64,000 nucleotides of DNA from Isurus oxyrinchus (taxonomy: Eukaryota): contig JANJGN010000003.1 in the NCBI GenBank assembly GCA_026770705.1, positions 156,178,001 through 156,242,000 on the forward strand. Direction: 5' to 3'. The position numbers and the translations under genes were made by a program. Below the pieces are notes generated by a model. That model was given only the letters and a program-made list of their open reading frames with translations. It made no database searches and had not been told where the DNA came from. Positions within the stretch are counted from its first letter, which is position 1, and every line of letters begins with the position of its first letter. Below are positions 13,335 to 25,664 of this stretch, in pieces.

Positions 13335-14294
13335 AGCAGGTCTGGCAGCATCGGTGGAGAAGAAAAGAGTTGACGTTTCGAGTCCTCATGACCCTTCGAC
13401 AGAACTAGGCGAATCCCAGGAAGGGGTGAAATATAAGCTGGTTTAAGGTGGTTGGTGGGGTTGGGGGGGGTTGGGGGGGGGGGGGAGAGAAGTGGAGGGG
13501 GTGGTGTGGTTGTAGGCAAAAGCAGTGATAGAAACATCATCAAAAGATGTCACAGACAGCAGAACAAAAGAATACATAGGTGTCGAAGTTGGTGATATTA
13601 TCTAAATGAATGTGCTAATTAGGAATGGATGGTAGGGCACTCAAGGTATAGCTCTAGTGGGGGTGTGGGGAGGATAAAAGATTTAAAAATATTTAAAAAT
13701 AATGGAAATAGGTGGGAAAAGAAAAATCTTTATAATTTATTGGAAAAAAACAAAAGGAAGGGGGAAGAAACAGAAAGGGGGTGGGGATGTTTCTTTCTGT
13801 TTCCCCCTTCCTTTTGTTTTTTTCCAATAAATTATAAAGATTTTTCTTTTTCCCACCTATTTCCATTATTTTTAAATATTTTTAAATCTTTTATCCTCCC
13901 CACACCCCCACTAGAGCTATACCTTGAGTGCCCTACCATCCATTCTTAATTAGCACATTCATTTAGATAATATCACCAACTTCGACACCTATGTGTTCTT
14001 TTGTTCTGCTGTCTGTGACATCTTTTGATGATGTTTCTATCACTGCTTTTGCCTACAACCACACCACTCCCTCCACTTCTCCCCCCCGCCCCCCCCCCCC
14101 CCCCACCTCCCCAACCACCTTAAACCAGCTTATATTTCATCCCTTCCTGGGATTCGCCTAGTTCTGTCGAAGGGTCATGAGGACTCAAAACGTTAACTCT
14201 TTTCTTCTCCGCCGATGCTGCCAGACCTGCTGAGTTTTTCCAGGTAATTCTGTTTTTGTTTTGGATTTCCAGCATCCGCAGTTTTTTGTTTTTT
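13335..14294. mobile_element. Penelope-like 3' region inserted as a ~960-bp near-perfect palindrome
   Basis: About 440-bp inverted arms with centre near 13775-13800, closely matching 62096-62540. 13-bp TSD GATGAATGATCTC at 13322-13334 and 14295-14307. Confidence 0.93.
13368..13406 (-). ncRNA. Minimal type I hammerhead-ribozyme-like motif (PLE-associated, variant core)
   Basis: RNA AGUU-CUGUCGA-A-GGGUC-AUGAG-GACUC-GAAA-CG-UC-AACU: stem I AGUU/AACU, 5-bp stem II, GAAA, palindromic ACGU at stem III, GUC cleavage triplet. Confidence 0.7.
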
Positions 14295-15159
14295 GATGAA
14301 TGATCTCATCCATGCAGCCAGGGTAAGGCAACCATCTCATCACTCTAAACCCCCACACTCACAAGGCCATCACACATTCACTGGCATCTCACTCATTGCC
14401 AGCTCAAGGGACATCACCACTCACTCTTTCACACACATACCTTCACATCTCCATCTGGCCTCATCTCCTCAGGAGACTGCCTCCTCAGCCCTCACCATCG
14501 TGAGGCCACTTGCACAGATCAACATGCGCTCCCACATGCACGCTGGCATACCCCTTCTTCCCCAGTACAGCCTTCACCCTGCAGCCTCTTCCTTTGCCTG
14601 AGGCCACTTTGCCCCCTTCCCCAAGGAAGCCCTAACCCTGCAGCTGTTGAAAAGCCACTTTCACCTTACGGCTGGTCTGGTAGGTAGAGACCTGACCTTC
14701 AGCCCCCGTAGAAATGATGTGGTGATGCCTGCGAAGCCTGGCACTAATGACCTTTAGTTCTGCCTGAAGCAAGGTAGGCAAACAAATCTCAAAGTCCTGA
14801 GCAAAGTGCAGCTCGCCAGGTGCATATCACTTATGTACAGTTGTGAAACACGTTGGCATTCTCGGGTGATCCAGTGTGGGGGGGATGATTCCGGTGAGCT
14901 GGGCTTATAATGACATGCAGATGTATTACAATGAAGTTCCTGATGTCTGACGGTGGGAAATGCAGCCCGTCATTGATGGGCAGAGCAGACGATTGCAAAC
15001 TGGTTTCACGACATTGTGAAACTGATTTCTGGCCTTCTCGCCATATTATTCGCTCATGCCACTGAGTATGCCCGCCGCCAACATGTACAGAAAATTCGCC
15101 CACTATTTTTGGTTCTTGAAGGTGATTTTTGCCAAGGAGAGAGAACTACGTGACCCAGG

Positions 15160-16135
15160 TATGGCAGCAGTTGTTCCATTGCCTCCTCGTTTGCAACATG
15201 ACCATGAAATGGAATGGAGGAAGCAGAGAGAGGAAGGAGGGATGGAGAGAGGGGGAGGGGAATGGGAGGCAGGAAGGAGATAACCTGAAAGCCTGTGTAA
15301 GTGGATGGGATGTGAGGGAGCAGCTTATGAGGCTTTGCTTCCACTGAAACAACCTCCTCCTTCCAATTTGAACCCGCCATTCTTTATTTTCACCTTCTCC
15401 ATCACAATGTCCACTTGAACAGCATCCAGCAAAAAGAGCCACCAACAGAAACAGACACCAAACATCTTTATATGGCAACTCATCCACTTACACAAACATA
15501 GATGAACTATTCACCCTTCTGGGTTTCTTTTGTGCCCGTCTTTGCCTTTCCAAGTTCTATGTCATGCCAAGGAGCACAAACCTATTGTCTTCTCTCAGAA
15601 TGGCAGCATTCCTACTCCCACTCCTGCCACTCTGCCAATTCTCTTGCTCTTGCCTGCCAGCTAGCCGTCCCAGACCCTGCTTCCTATACCGAGCTGGTGC
15701 AGTCAGAAGCTGTAATGCTACCCCAGCAGCTGCACCATGGCTGGTGGAGGGTTCTAGCTTTCAGTGGAGAAGACTGCAGATGGTCTTGGGGGACAACCTC
15801 GTGTATCTTTTTGCTTTGAAGGCCAAGCTTCTGCCTGCACCATCTCTGTATAAGCATCAGAGGCTGGCAGGCAACAGCAAGTGCTCTGGCAGAGTGGCAG
15901 GAGTGGGAGCAGGAATGCTGCCATTCTGACAGAGGACAGTCCATGCTGCATGGTTCCATTGCCACTTTCTCTGGTACCTCTGCTGGAGAACATATTACTG
16001 GCCAGCTATTGTGAGTGCCAGCATGTTGTTTTGAGCATTGAGATCTACCACCATGATGACAGCTACCTGAGCCTGCATTGAAGCAAACATGGATCTCATC
16101 GACCTCTATCAGAGCTTCCTCTGCAGCACTGACAC
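15160..16135. mobile_element. Rearranged Harbinger internal fragments (transposase N-terminus-like and Myb C-terminus-like)
   Basis: MAAVVPLPPRLQHDHEMEWRKQREE...EQLMRLCF resembles the N-terminus of Harbinger transposases; followed by a segment with an internal inverted duplication. Confidence 0.45.
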
Positions 16136-17562
16136 ATTGGGCTGGGTTTTACATGCCCTAACTGGGCATTTCCTTGGTGGAGGGCTACATCAAATAGGGT
16201 GGGTGCCAACACCATCACCTTCCCGCCCACCCCTGAGCTCACCCCCATAAGACGGTAGGTTGGCTAGAGCCAAATGATGAGGGGTCAAATGAGTTTGTTA
16301 ACAAACCAATTGAACCCGATAATATGCAGCCCACACCATAATATGGTTGGAAACCCCTTGTCTTCTAGCAGCCACCCTTCAAGTGTGCTTGCAGGTCTGA
16401 AGGCATTAGGGAGCTTGGACCGTCTCAGGATAAAAGCGTCATGGCAATTCTCTAGGAATCATGAGCACATCTTCAGGATTAGCCTTTTGTGGTTACACAA
16501 CAGTTACACATTAATGGAATGGTAACCCTTTAGGTTCAAAAAATCTCTCGGATAATCTGGGAGTTTCGGGATTGCTGTGGCATGTAGCGTGTACTTGTGG
16601 GAGGCCCACCTTGTACCTGACATCCCATTCATTCTGACTGGCTTCATTGCAGGCAAAGTTGATATAATTGGCAGCCTTGGTGAACATCCCAATGCAGTTG
16701 TGGGCAGTTGACAAGGAAATCCTTGCCCCCCCCGCACCCTCCCAACCAGGGCAGAGACCTGGAAGGATCTGGAGGCTAAAAGGTTGACGGTGGTGGTGAC
16801 TTTGACAGCACTAGTAATGGGCAGCCACCAGCAGATCTGCTTCTAGGAAGCTGCAGGTGACTGCTACTACCTGACATGATAATCTGAGCCTCCTGAAACA
16901 CTGCTACTTGGAAATGTCAAGGAAAATCAGCCTCTCCCTGAACACCCTGTGTCGCAGATAGAGCCTTCTGCTGCTCCACCCTCTGTTGTTCAGCTACAGG
17001 TCTCTCCAAAGCAGGCTGCTACTTGTCATATTGATCCTTGTTGACGACCAATCTAAGGTCAAAGTGTCACCCATCCTGATGTGATGCAGAAAACCTCCAA
17101 ACTGCATTAACTCAGCAAAAGTACCGTGAATATCCTTTCCCACTAGTAGGTAAGAATGCAGCTGTGAACACTGAATATTTATTGCTATATGTCAATGGGA
17201 TTGATTCAGTCCCCTCAATCGCCATCGATTCAGTCCCCTCAATCACCATTGTGTTCTCATTATGTTTTCACTGGGGAGTTTCAGGAAGCCTGGGATACCC
17301 ATGAATACATTTTTAAATTTGAAAATATGTTGAAATATCATTCCAATTGAGTGGGTAACATATGCTATTAGGCAACCTGCTCTCCAAAGGGGGTTGTGGG
17401 AAGAAGTCTACTATGCTCCAGTTAAACATGGAAGCCAGCAGGTTGGAGCCAGTTTCCTGATGTACTGACATTTTTCTTGGTTATCATCCCCCCACCTGCA
17501 CCCAAACTCATGCACCCCTAAAGGCTAAAACTCCTCTTAACTTTAAGGGAAGTTGCCATAGA

Positions 17563-18172
17563 GGCCTGAATTTTCCCGTCTACAATTTGGGGGAGGGGCC
17601 CGCCCGTCGACGGAAAAATGACGCAGGATGATGTCGGGAGGAACCCCCGACGTCATCCCAGTCCCTTTAAATTTTTAGGAAGGCGGGCAGACAGTGAAAT
17701 AAGCCCGCCGACCTGTCAATGGCCAATTGACAGCCTGATTAAAGTAATTAAAGACCTGCCCGACCAACCTTAAGGCTGGCGGGCAGGCCAGGAGCCCCAG
17801 CGGGCTTCTGATAGTACATGAAACCTCATCCACTGGCGGGATGAGGTTTTACGTCCATTTTTAAAAAACTTTAATACATTTTATGTGATATTTATTAACA
17901 TGTCCCATCTCGTGTGACATTGTCACATGAGGGGGACATGTTAATAATTTTTTAATTCTTCTATTTTTAAAGTTTTCTGGACTGCCAGTAATCTCCCTGA
18001 GACAGGACTTTGCCTCAGGGAGCAGTGTGCACATTGACAGACGGGGAATCCCTCCACACACACCACCACCACCCCCCCCGCACAGGAAGTGCATAGCAGT
18101 GGCAGGGATTGGCTGTCTGCCCGCCGCCGTGCCGGTGGGGCCCGCTCGCCCACCAAGGGCAAAATTCTGCCC
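17563..18172. mobile_element. Harbinger MITE family M1
   Basis: GGCCTGAATTTT...AAAATTCTGCCC with AGA/AGA TSD and family-typical interior. Confidence 0.88.
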
Positions 18173-19108
18173 AGAGAAATCAAGGGGAAACCATCAATTC
18201 CCAAGCTCCAAGGTAATTTGACAAAGGCGCAAGGTTTGAACACAGTTCTTTTGTTTGCTGTGACTGGATCTATATGTATGAATGTATGTTGCATCTAGCA
18301 AGCATAAATGAGCCACATTATGAGCATGCTGACCTAAACCGCCTGCTTAATGGAACTGTGACGGAAAACACTCTTAAATGCATATACAGAGTTTCCACCG
18401 CACCTTCATCAAATTCAAAGAGTCACATTGGCAGAGAGTCCATGGAAATTGAGGGCAGACATGCCCCCCTTCTTTTGAATTATGCCCAGAAAAGGCAAGC
18501 TGTCTGAAGTGTTCTCCAAGTATGTTTTTTTTTCATCAGGCTGCACATGGAATAAACCAGTATGTACCACAATTGATCCTGCTTTGAAATTGATGTTGGT
18601 GGCCATTAACTTATGCGTAAGTTCTTCACAAATATTCAAACATTATCAGTTGACGGATGCTTTGTCATTGTACCTCTGTGATTTTCAACTATCTTAGTTT
18701 GTCTGTTGGCAGCCGGGGGTGGTGGTGGTTGTGGTGGGGGAGCTGCGGCAATATTCAAGTAAGGACAATTTTCTTCAAATACTTCATGCTCTCATTTTCC
18801 TGCAAGGCTACAAAAAACCCAGAAGTTTTCAATAAAAGTGTCACATCATGTTTTTTATTTTGAAAAGACCACCGTTAAAAAGCTATATTGCCTTGGATTT
18901 CAAATTATCCTTCCAAAGGTCTGGGAATAATTACTGAGCCAAATTTCACTTCCCTCAGTTTTCAGATGCAGAAAAGGTTAATGTCTGGTATGCTGCCGTC
19001 CCCGGCACCTCCCTCGTTTCCCCCTCCACCCCGCCCCATACACCTTAACGGAGGTGAAGAGGTGGAAAACAGATACACTCGAGATAGAATTAGAATGCAA
19101 TGCACCTA

Positions 19109-19680
19109 GGCCCAGATTTTGCGGAGCGGTGGTGGGGAGGAAGGTAGATCAGGTAATGTCAGCGTTCGCCAACATTATCTCTCTGAAAATGATTGCAACT
19201 TCAGGATGTTGGGCACATGCATAACGGCATGGAAATTCTGAAGTAGCCATCTGTCACTCAGGGCTCTGCTGTAGGACTCCCCCAGATCTGGCAGTCACTG
19301 AAATCAGTGAGAATTTTAACTATCCCATTCTCACATTGCTGTTAGAAACCCCATAAAAAGTAACACTTGTTCAACCAGGTGTAACTGGGTTTTTAACCGT
19401 GAAGTGATTAATCAAATTTGAGGAACAACAGCAATGCCCTGAAAAATAATTTTATATTTGTGGAGCGCTGTAAAATGATTAATTGGTAGATTTTTAAAGC
19501 TGATGACGTCACTGCTGCCCCATGCTGTGAGAATCCAATAAAGAACACTGCAACAGGTTGCAAACCATTGCACGCTGACAGAGGTAACATTTCCACCAGA
19601 GAGATTACTAGATCTCTCAGGGAGGCTTCGAGGCCAACACCTAGTGCACTAGCTCCGCCACTGAGCACAAACTTTGGATC
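19109..19680. mobile_element. Harbinger-type MITE (third family)
   Basis: Imperfect TIR GGCCCAGATTTTGCG...CACAAACTTTGGATC, flanked by CTA/TTA. Confidence 0.55.
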
Positions 19681-20725
19681 TTACTGAACAAATACCAACT
19701 CTGAAACACCCCACCCCACCAAAAAAGAATCAGAATAGCAAGCGGCTTTCATAAAATTTACTGTGCCTGAATGATTTTTGTGACGAGTACAATTTGTGCT
19801 CGAAGCTTCTGTATCATCGTGCTGTAGAATCAGCAAAGTAGCATTTTGAAATTCATTGTAAATTGTGAAACAAATAGATTTATACAGAAGTGATAAGTAC
19901 TGATTTTTCATACAGCTTGTGCACTCTTGGAGGTGGAGTTATAATACTACAGCACATATGATGTCTGGGTTTTCTGCAGGAGTTCTCACAATTTGCTGTC
20001 ATAACTTTAGCAGGAAACTGGCCAAAACCCCAGGAAAACACTGTGAATGGTTCTTTGCACTGTTTCTCTGGGTTTCCAATGGTCATTAGCCAAAGTCACT
20101 GTGGGAAATCAGGAAAATCCTCAGAAATTTTATCCCAGAATTTACTCATAAACTCTTGATTATTTATTGGTACCATTGCAGTTAAAGTGTCACAACGGTT
20201 AATCTTCATGCGTCACCAGCAGGTGTTGTGTTAGGTCTGATAGGCACTAGGGGTGCAGATACAGAATAAATCGCAGGCATAGTAATGGAAAAGCTTAATA
20301 AAATAAGTAATAATTGATACAAGTGAGTGCTGTTTGCAAGGCTGTAACATAACCTCAGGATTTAGAACCAGGTTAAACATTTCTCCCTGCTCATGGTATT
20401 GTTTGAAAACTTTATTTATTCAGTAATTTTCAACCAATCTCATGTATCCATTTAATCATTTGTACCTAATATATCTGCTATATATAAGTGATCATTATGC
20501 TGTATCTGATAAAGGCTGTCAGGCAGCCCCACGTGGCACACTGACCATTAGAACACAGGATTCCCGCTCTTGATTCTTTCTGATATTACGTTGAGAAGTG
20601 GAAAATGGATGGTGGATAGAGAGCCAAAAAAATCATAGGTTGAGTCAAAATCCCACTCTCCTGTGCAGCTTGTCATGTTGGGTTTGCAGTGGCATTGATA
20701 AAGGCTGAGGTACAATTCACTCACA

Positions 20726-21271
20726 CACCGTGGGTGTCAGCATGTAAGTCGACTTCTGAAGCCTCAAATAATCCCCCCAAAAACGCTGATCGACTTATAT
20801 GCCGAGTATAAAAGCGAATTGCTGGCATGGATGAGTGTGCTCACCAGTTTAAAATGTCATCGGTATCCGACATAAAGGGCAGGGTTTTCCGTACCCACCT
20901 GCCGCCAGGATCTTCCTGTCCCACCACAAGTCAATGGGCTTCTGGCTGGGGCGCTGCCTCGCTCCTGGCGGGTTCCATCCGTGATGGGGCTGGAAAGCCC
21001 CGGCCAAAGAGTGGGCATGATTCCACACATCTTCGCAACATAGCCTATATCACCCACTTGATCCCTTGCACCTAGTTATAAGGAACCAGTAAATAAAGCA
21101 TCCATTTGTGATGTGAAAAATTGAGGCTGACCACTAATTTGCATATAGCATGCCATGGCTGAAAGGAGGGGTCAACTTATATGCCAAGTATATGCAAAAA
21201 CATGAAATTTGGACCGAAAAAATTGGGTCATCTTATACGCCTGGTCAACTTATATGGCCCGATCTATCGTA
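20726..21271. mobile_element. Tc1/mariner-pogo-type MITE containing a Harbinger MITE fragment (about 20877-21070)
   Basis: Inverted ends CACCGTGGGTGTCAGCATGTAAGTCGAC / GTCAACTTATATGGCCCGATCTATCGTA; subterminal motif (G)TCRACTTATATGCC repeated at about 20790, 21171, 21245 (variant at about 21227). Confidence 0.65.
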
Positions 21272-21949
21272 TTTCTCAATTGGAACATAATACACACAAT
21301 GGCCTTCCCAAGGAGGGTCCGAAGTATTAAACCATTGATCTTATGTTAAATTAATATTAGATTTTAGGTATAAATCGAACCAAAATTCACCAATATAAAC
21401 CCATATATTGGACTCATTCATATGACTTCATGGACTGCCAGATTGCACTTTTGTTTTTTCATGTACATTGTCAGGAACGGAATTGCCATGAGAAACCACT
21501 GTTCTATAAAAGGAACTGGAAATGCTAGATTGAGTCAGAACCAAGAGGAAGTCGATACTACAATTGTAAACATGGTCAATAAACCGCAGCCTTTCCTGCC
21601 TGTTGTTTCCAAACCGCCAACAAGCTTTCTGCTAATTTTCGACATGTTTCCAGCCACCAGCCCAACAGCTTGCAGCCCAGACCAGAACTAAACAGTCTTT
21701 GAAGGTTTCTCTCTTTATGTCTCAGGTCAGCTCCAGATTTACAGTGCAATCGCTAATCCACTAAGATCAGTTGCAAACTTGTCCTTTCCTTTCCTCCTGT
21801 GCACCTCTCAAGCAATAACTCCTCTTTAAAGAATTTTTCCAAACTCGTTTCACAGTGGCTTCCACTCTACATACCAAGTCTGCTGGCATCATAACATTAA
21901 CACCCACAAAGAGCGATTGAACATTACAGTTGAATCCATTTTTAGAAAT

Positions 21950-22745
21950 GAGTTCTAGGGATGTTAGCAATGTTGACAAATCCACATTTATTGTATATCT
22001 GTAATTATTTTAGAATTGTCTTAAAATGCTGTTGTCCTTACGGTGGCAGTGATCCCACAGGAGGTAGGTATAGGTAGGACATTCCAAGATTTTTACCCAG
22101 CAAGGATGTCGGAAAGGCAGGAAATGTCTAAGTCATGATGATGCGTGATTTGGAAGTGTTGGCATTTCCATAACATTACTGCTTTTGTCCTTCTTGGTAG
22201 CAGAGGTCACACGGCTGAGAGGTTAAATGAGGCTTGGTGAACTGCATCCTCTGGATAGTATATACCATAGCAACAGTGAGCTGGTAGTGGATGAGCTGGA
22301 TATTGAATCCAATAGCGGAGGTGCCATTCAAGTCTGCCCTGGTGTTGAGCTGCCTCGCTTGCTGCCCTCAGTTAAGTGAGTGGTGGTATCCCAGCACACC
22401 GCCATCACACTCTGGATATTATCTATTTAGGTGAGACAAAGGCTTTGAGGGGTTAGAGGTTTGTTGTTTGTACGGTCATTTCTGCACTGGTACCATGGTG
22501 TTGATATGACTAATCCAGTTAAGCTTCTGCTCAGTGGTGAGGGATCAGCAATTGGGGTGGACGATCAGGGGAAGTTTGTGGACTTTTTGTTGTTGGAGTT
22601 GGTCATGCTTAGCACCTATATGGTACAAATGTCACCTGTCACTTGTCCAGGTCCTACAGTAGATTGACATGGGATGTTTCAGTCAGAATTGGAATTGTGA
22701 ACACTGCTGAATTGTTACTGAACAGCTGCACTTCTGACCTTATGA
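21950..22745 (-). mobile_element. Old, highly diverged LINE-A-related 3' fragment
   Basis: Collinear but degenerate similarity to 30958-31860 (ttccaagatttttacccag, gcttggtgaactgcatc, cttctgaccttatgat). Confidence 0.6.
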
Positions 22746-22789
22746 TAAATAGAAAACAGTGAAAAAACTGAAATATGGAATATGTTCTG

Positions 22790-23105
22790 CTATTAACACA
22801 TTCTGCTAACTGACCTTTATGCCACTATTAGCACCTGCCTTCACCTTTAACACTACCATTACCACTCCCTTTGTCTTGTGTCTATCTTTGTCATTTAATC
22901 TCTCCTAAGCTCCAACCTATCTCTGACCTTCTATTTTGGTCCACCTGCTCTACAGCCTCTCTTCAACAGCATAATACCCATCACACTTCTACCTCTCTTC
23001 AGCTCTGGAGAACAGTCATATGGTCTCGAAATGTTACCTCTGTTTCTATCTCCATTGATGCTGTCAAACCTGTTGAGTTTTTCCAGCATTTCTTGTTTTC
23101 ATAAC
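22790..23105 (+). mobile_element. Older Penelope-like 3' end fragment with decayed hammerhead motif
   Basis: AGCT-CTGGAGA-ACAGTC-ATATG-GTCTC-GAAATGTT-ACCT followed by ctccattgatgctgtcaaacctgttgagtttttccag, homologous to the PLE tail at 14200-14245. Confidence 0.7.
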
Positions 23106-24114
23106 TGAAATGTGTAGGAATAATTTAGGAATAATTCCTGAAGTACAACTAAACATGCAGTGTGTGAAATTAAGCTTCCAAGAAGTTTGCTTACATCTTG
23201 GTAGAACCTCTGGAGGCTGCAGCAAAGCTTTGGATTAAAACACAGATACTATTTGTGCACTTTATAATCTTGGAGGCAAAAAAATGTCCTCTCTGGAAAA
23301 AGATTAATTATTATAATCCATATAATGCAAATGGTCAACTATCAACAATGTAAATTTATATGGCACCTCTAGCATTACAAAATACCCAACTTTACAATGA
23401 AGGGAGGAAGGCAAGGAAGAGGGTGAACAAACAGAGTTGAAGATCAGAGGGAAATTAGGGTAGATAGTGAAAACATGGTTAAAGAAACAGATTTTAAGGT
23501 TTTCAAAGATGGGGAAATATACAGAGACAAATATAGAGTTAGAATACTAGAGTCATAATTCCTTAAGGCGCTATCACCTACGGTAGTGTAAAGAGAGGGA
23601 GGAGGTAGGTTGTGATCTAGATGATGTTTCACGACTAGCATATGCCCAAACTGAAAAGACTCAGGATCGATGCAAATTGGTCCTTGGGCCTCATCAGCTG
23701 ACTCGTAATGTAGGATTAGAGACAAACAATTTTCTGAAGTTCAAAATCCTGGAAATGACTTCTATCTAGACTATACGTTCCCCACTTGTGAAAGAAGGAA
23801 GCACATTTAAACTTAGCAACTTGAGGGGTATGGAAATCTCTTCAATTCAGTGCTGCAACACCTCTGCTGCTGTGAAAATAGTTCCTCTGCTGTTCCTAAC
23901 AGAATCATTACCTAGAGTGTACTGCTTCCATCCATCAATAAGAAGGTAATAAACAAATTAGCTAATTTGAATCTAACTGAGAAAATCAAGTATTCCTTGG
24001 GACCTTGAACTGAAAGAATGGGAAGGGGAACTTTGTACTGTGGTGGAAATCTTAATCCTCTAAGAACAAGATGTCACTGTTGCCTTAGTTACCAGTGCAG
24101 AAAAAGTAATAGAG

Positions 24115-24352
24115 TATTGCTGAAAAGAGAGACATGTTCCAAAGCTTTTCATCTCTTGTACACATCAGGACAAGTGCAAGAATGCCCCATTTCAAACTAT
24201 CACAATTTATACATATTACCTCCACCCCATTTTCTTCTGTTGTGATCATTTGAAATTTTGCTTTTATCTTGATGAGTGCAGAATGAAAAGCTTTGGCAAC
24301 ATGTTTCTCTATTCAGCAATATTTAAGTTCTGTACTACCAAGCAACAGTTAA
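24115..24352. mobile_element. Second PLE-like inverted-repeat insertion with decayed hammerhead-like motif
   Basis: Inverted arms at about 24112-24206 and 24240-24324; YTGATGW..GAAAAGCTT motif in both arms; possible TSD TAATAGAG (24107-24114 / 24353-24360). Confidence 0.6.
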
Positions 24353-25664
24353 TAATAGAGGATTGAAACACACTCAAATATTACTGGAAAGAAATTAGTG
24401 AGATTCAAATCAAAGATGAAGCAGAAGTGAAGAAACCATAATGATGGACAAGAAGCCAATTTGGGCAGATTAAAGAAACAAATTGCTGCTTCTAATAGAT
24501 TGGAAAGGATCACCAATGACAATGTATTTTTATAAATACCTAATAATGAATCGGAAGATTTCATTATTTGTTAACTTCAGTAGAGGAAAAACCCAACAAA
24601 TGTTTCAGCAATAAGAACTATAGTGTATTTAAATCAAAAGCTTCCTGAACACACAATTGTAAATGAATTGATCAATTACTGAGAATTTAATCAAAGAAAT
24701 TAATCAAGTTACAGAAAGTGTAAGAGTGAGAACTCCCATTTCTATTGAAGGTTCCTGTACTTCACGGGGCATGATCATTTGCCAAAGTCACTTTCCCCTT
24801 ACTACAATGGAACCTCTATTAACTGCCATAATGGAGGGTCGCACACTAACCCCACCCCAGTGGACAATTGAAAGGATGAGTTACATAAAATAGGAAGAGA
24901 TTAATGTTCACAGGCTGTGCAATGTTATACAAATCACTGCCCCATGAAAATTCAAGCAGACAATTGCCAAGCTAATAATTGGACCATATGTTCATAAATA
25001 GAGAAATATGCAATGAAGGAATTATTAAAATGATGATAATGACATTTTTATATGTGTTAAAACTTAACAACACCAATACAAAAGTCAAAGACTACATTAC
25101 GCTGTTCATGCAGCTGCAATTATAACATTTGGTCAATAGGAACAAGAGTCCATTCAACCCCTCAAATTTATTGTAACATTCAATTAGATCATGGTCGAGC
25201 ACTTCAATTTTTTAAGAAAGCTTATACTAAATCTACTAAATTTATTCCCGTGACATACTTTTAGCTTCTTTTGTACTGCTGGCATTGCGACCTGTTCTTC
25301 CATCGTGAAAACAGTACAACATAATCTTTATCAGGTCTGCCATTTCCTTATTGTCCATTTCAGTCTTGCTTGCATGCAGTTTTAATGGGCCCAATTTCCC
25401 CTATACCACTTATAGTCAATACATTTATAAGCTTCCTCAAATGTCCAATATTGCTCACTCTAAAACTCCAAAAACCAGGCTCACCATAAAACTCCACAAA
25501 AATGTGAGAATTCCGCTTTAACAAGAAAATACTCCTATGGGTACAGACAGCATCAAATCACTGGGCTTCCTGCTGCTTTTAAAGAAATAATTGAAATAGA
25601 AGGCTTTCTCTGTGCTTTCTGTATGCTTTATGTAAACATATTTATAAACATCTTGTATTTATAT

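Larger units (their letters stand above)
13009..15101 (+). mobile_element. Non-autonomous Harbinger deletion derivative retaining Myb exon 1, interrupted by a PLE
   Basis: Termini GGATGGAATCAT...AAAATTCGCCC with ACT/ACT TSD. Ends are the reverse complement of the ends of 44859-51280 and 53790-55041. Encodes VVSANAAQKRLAIQCRQRMNDL/IHAAR followed by gtaagg. Confidence 0.85.

Noticed and set aside
17200-17247. 24-bp tandem duplication
   Set aside because: Two units only; ordinary slippage, not an array or CRISPR.
18280-19030. Unique CpG-retaining stretches (also about 21560-21930, 29300-29800, 61660-61990) as conserved enhancers or exons
   Set aside because: Plausible, but conservation cannot be judged without alignments and no convincing exon structure was found.
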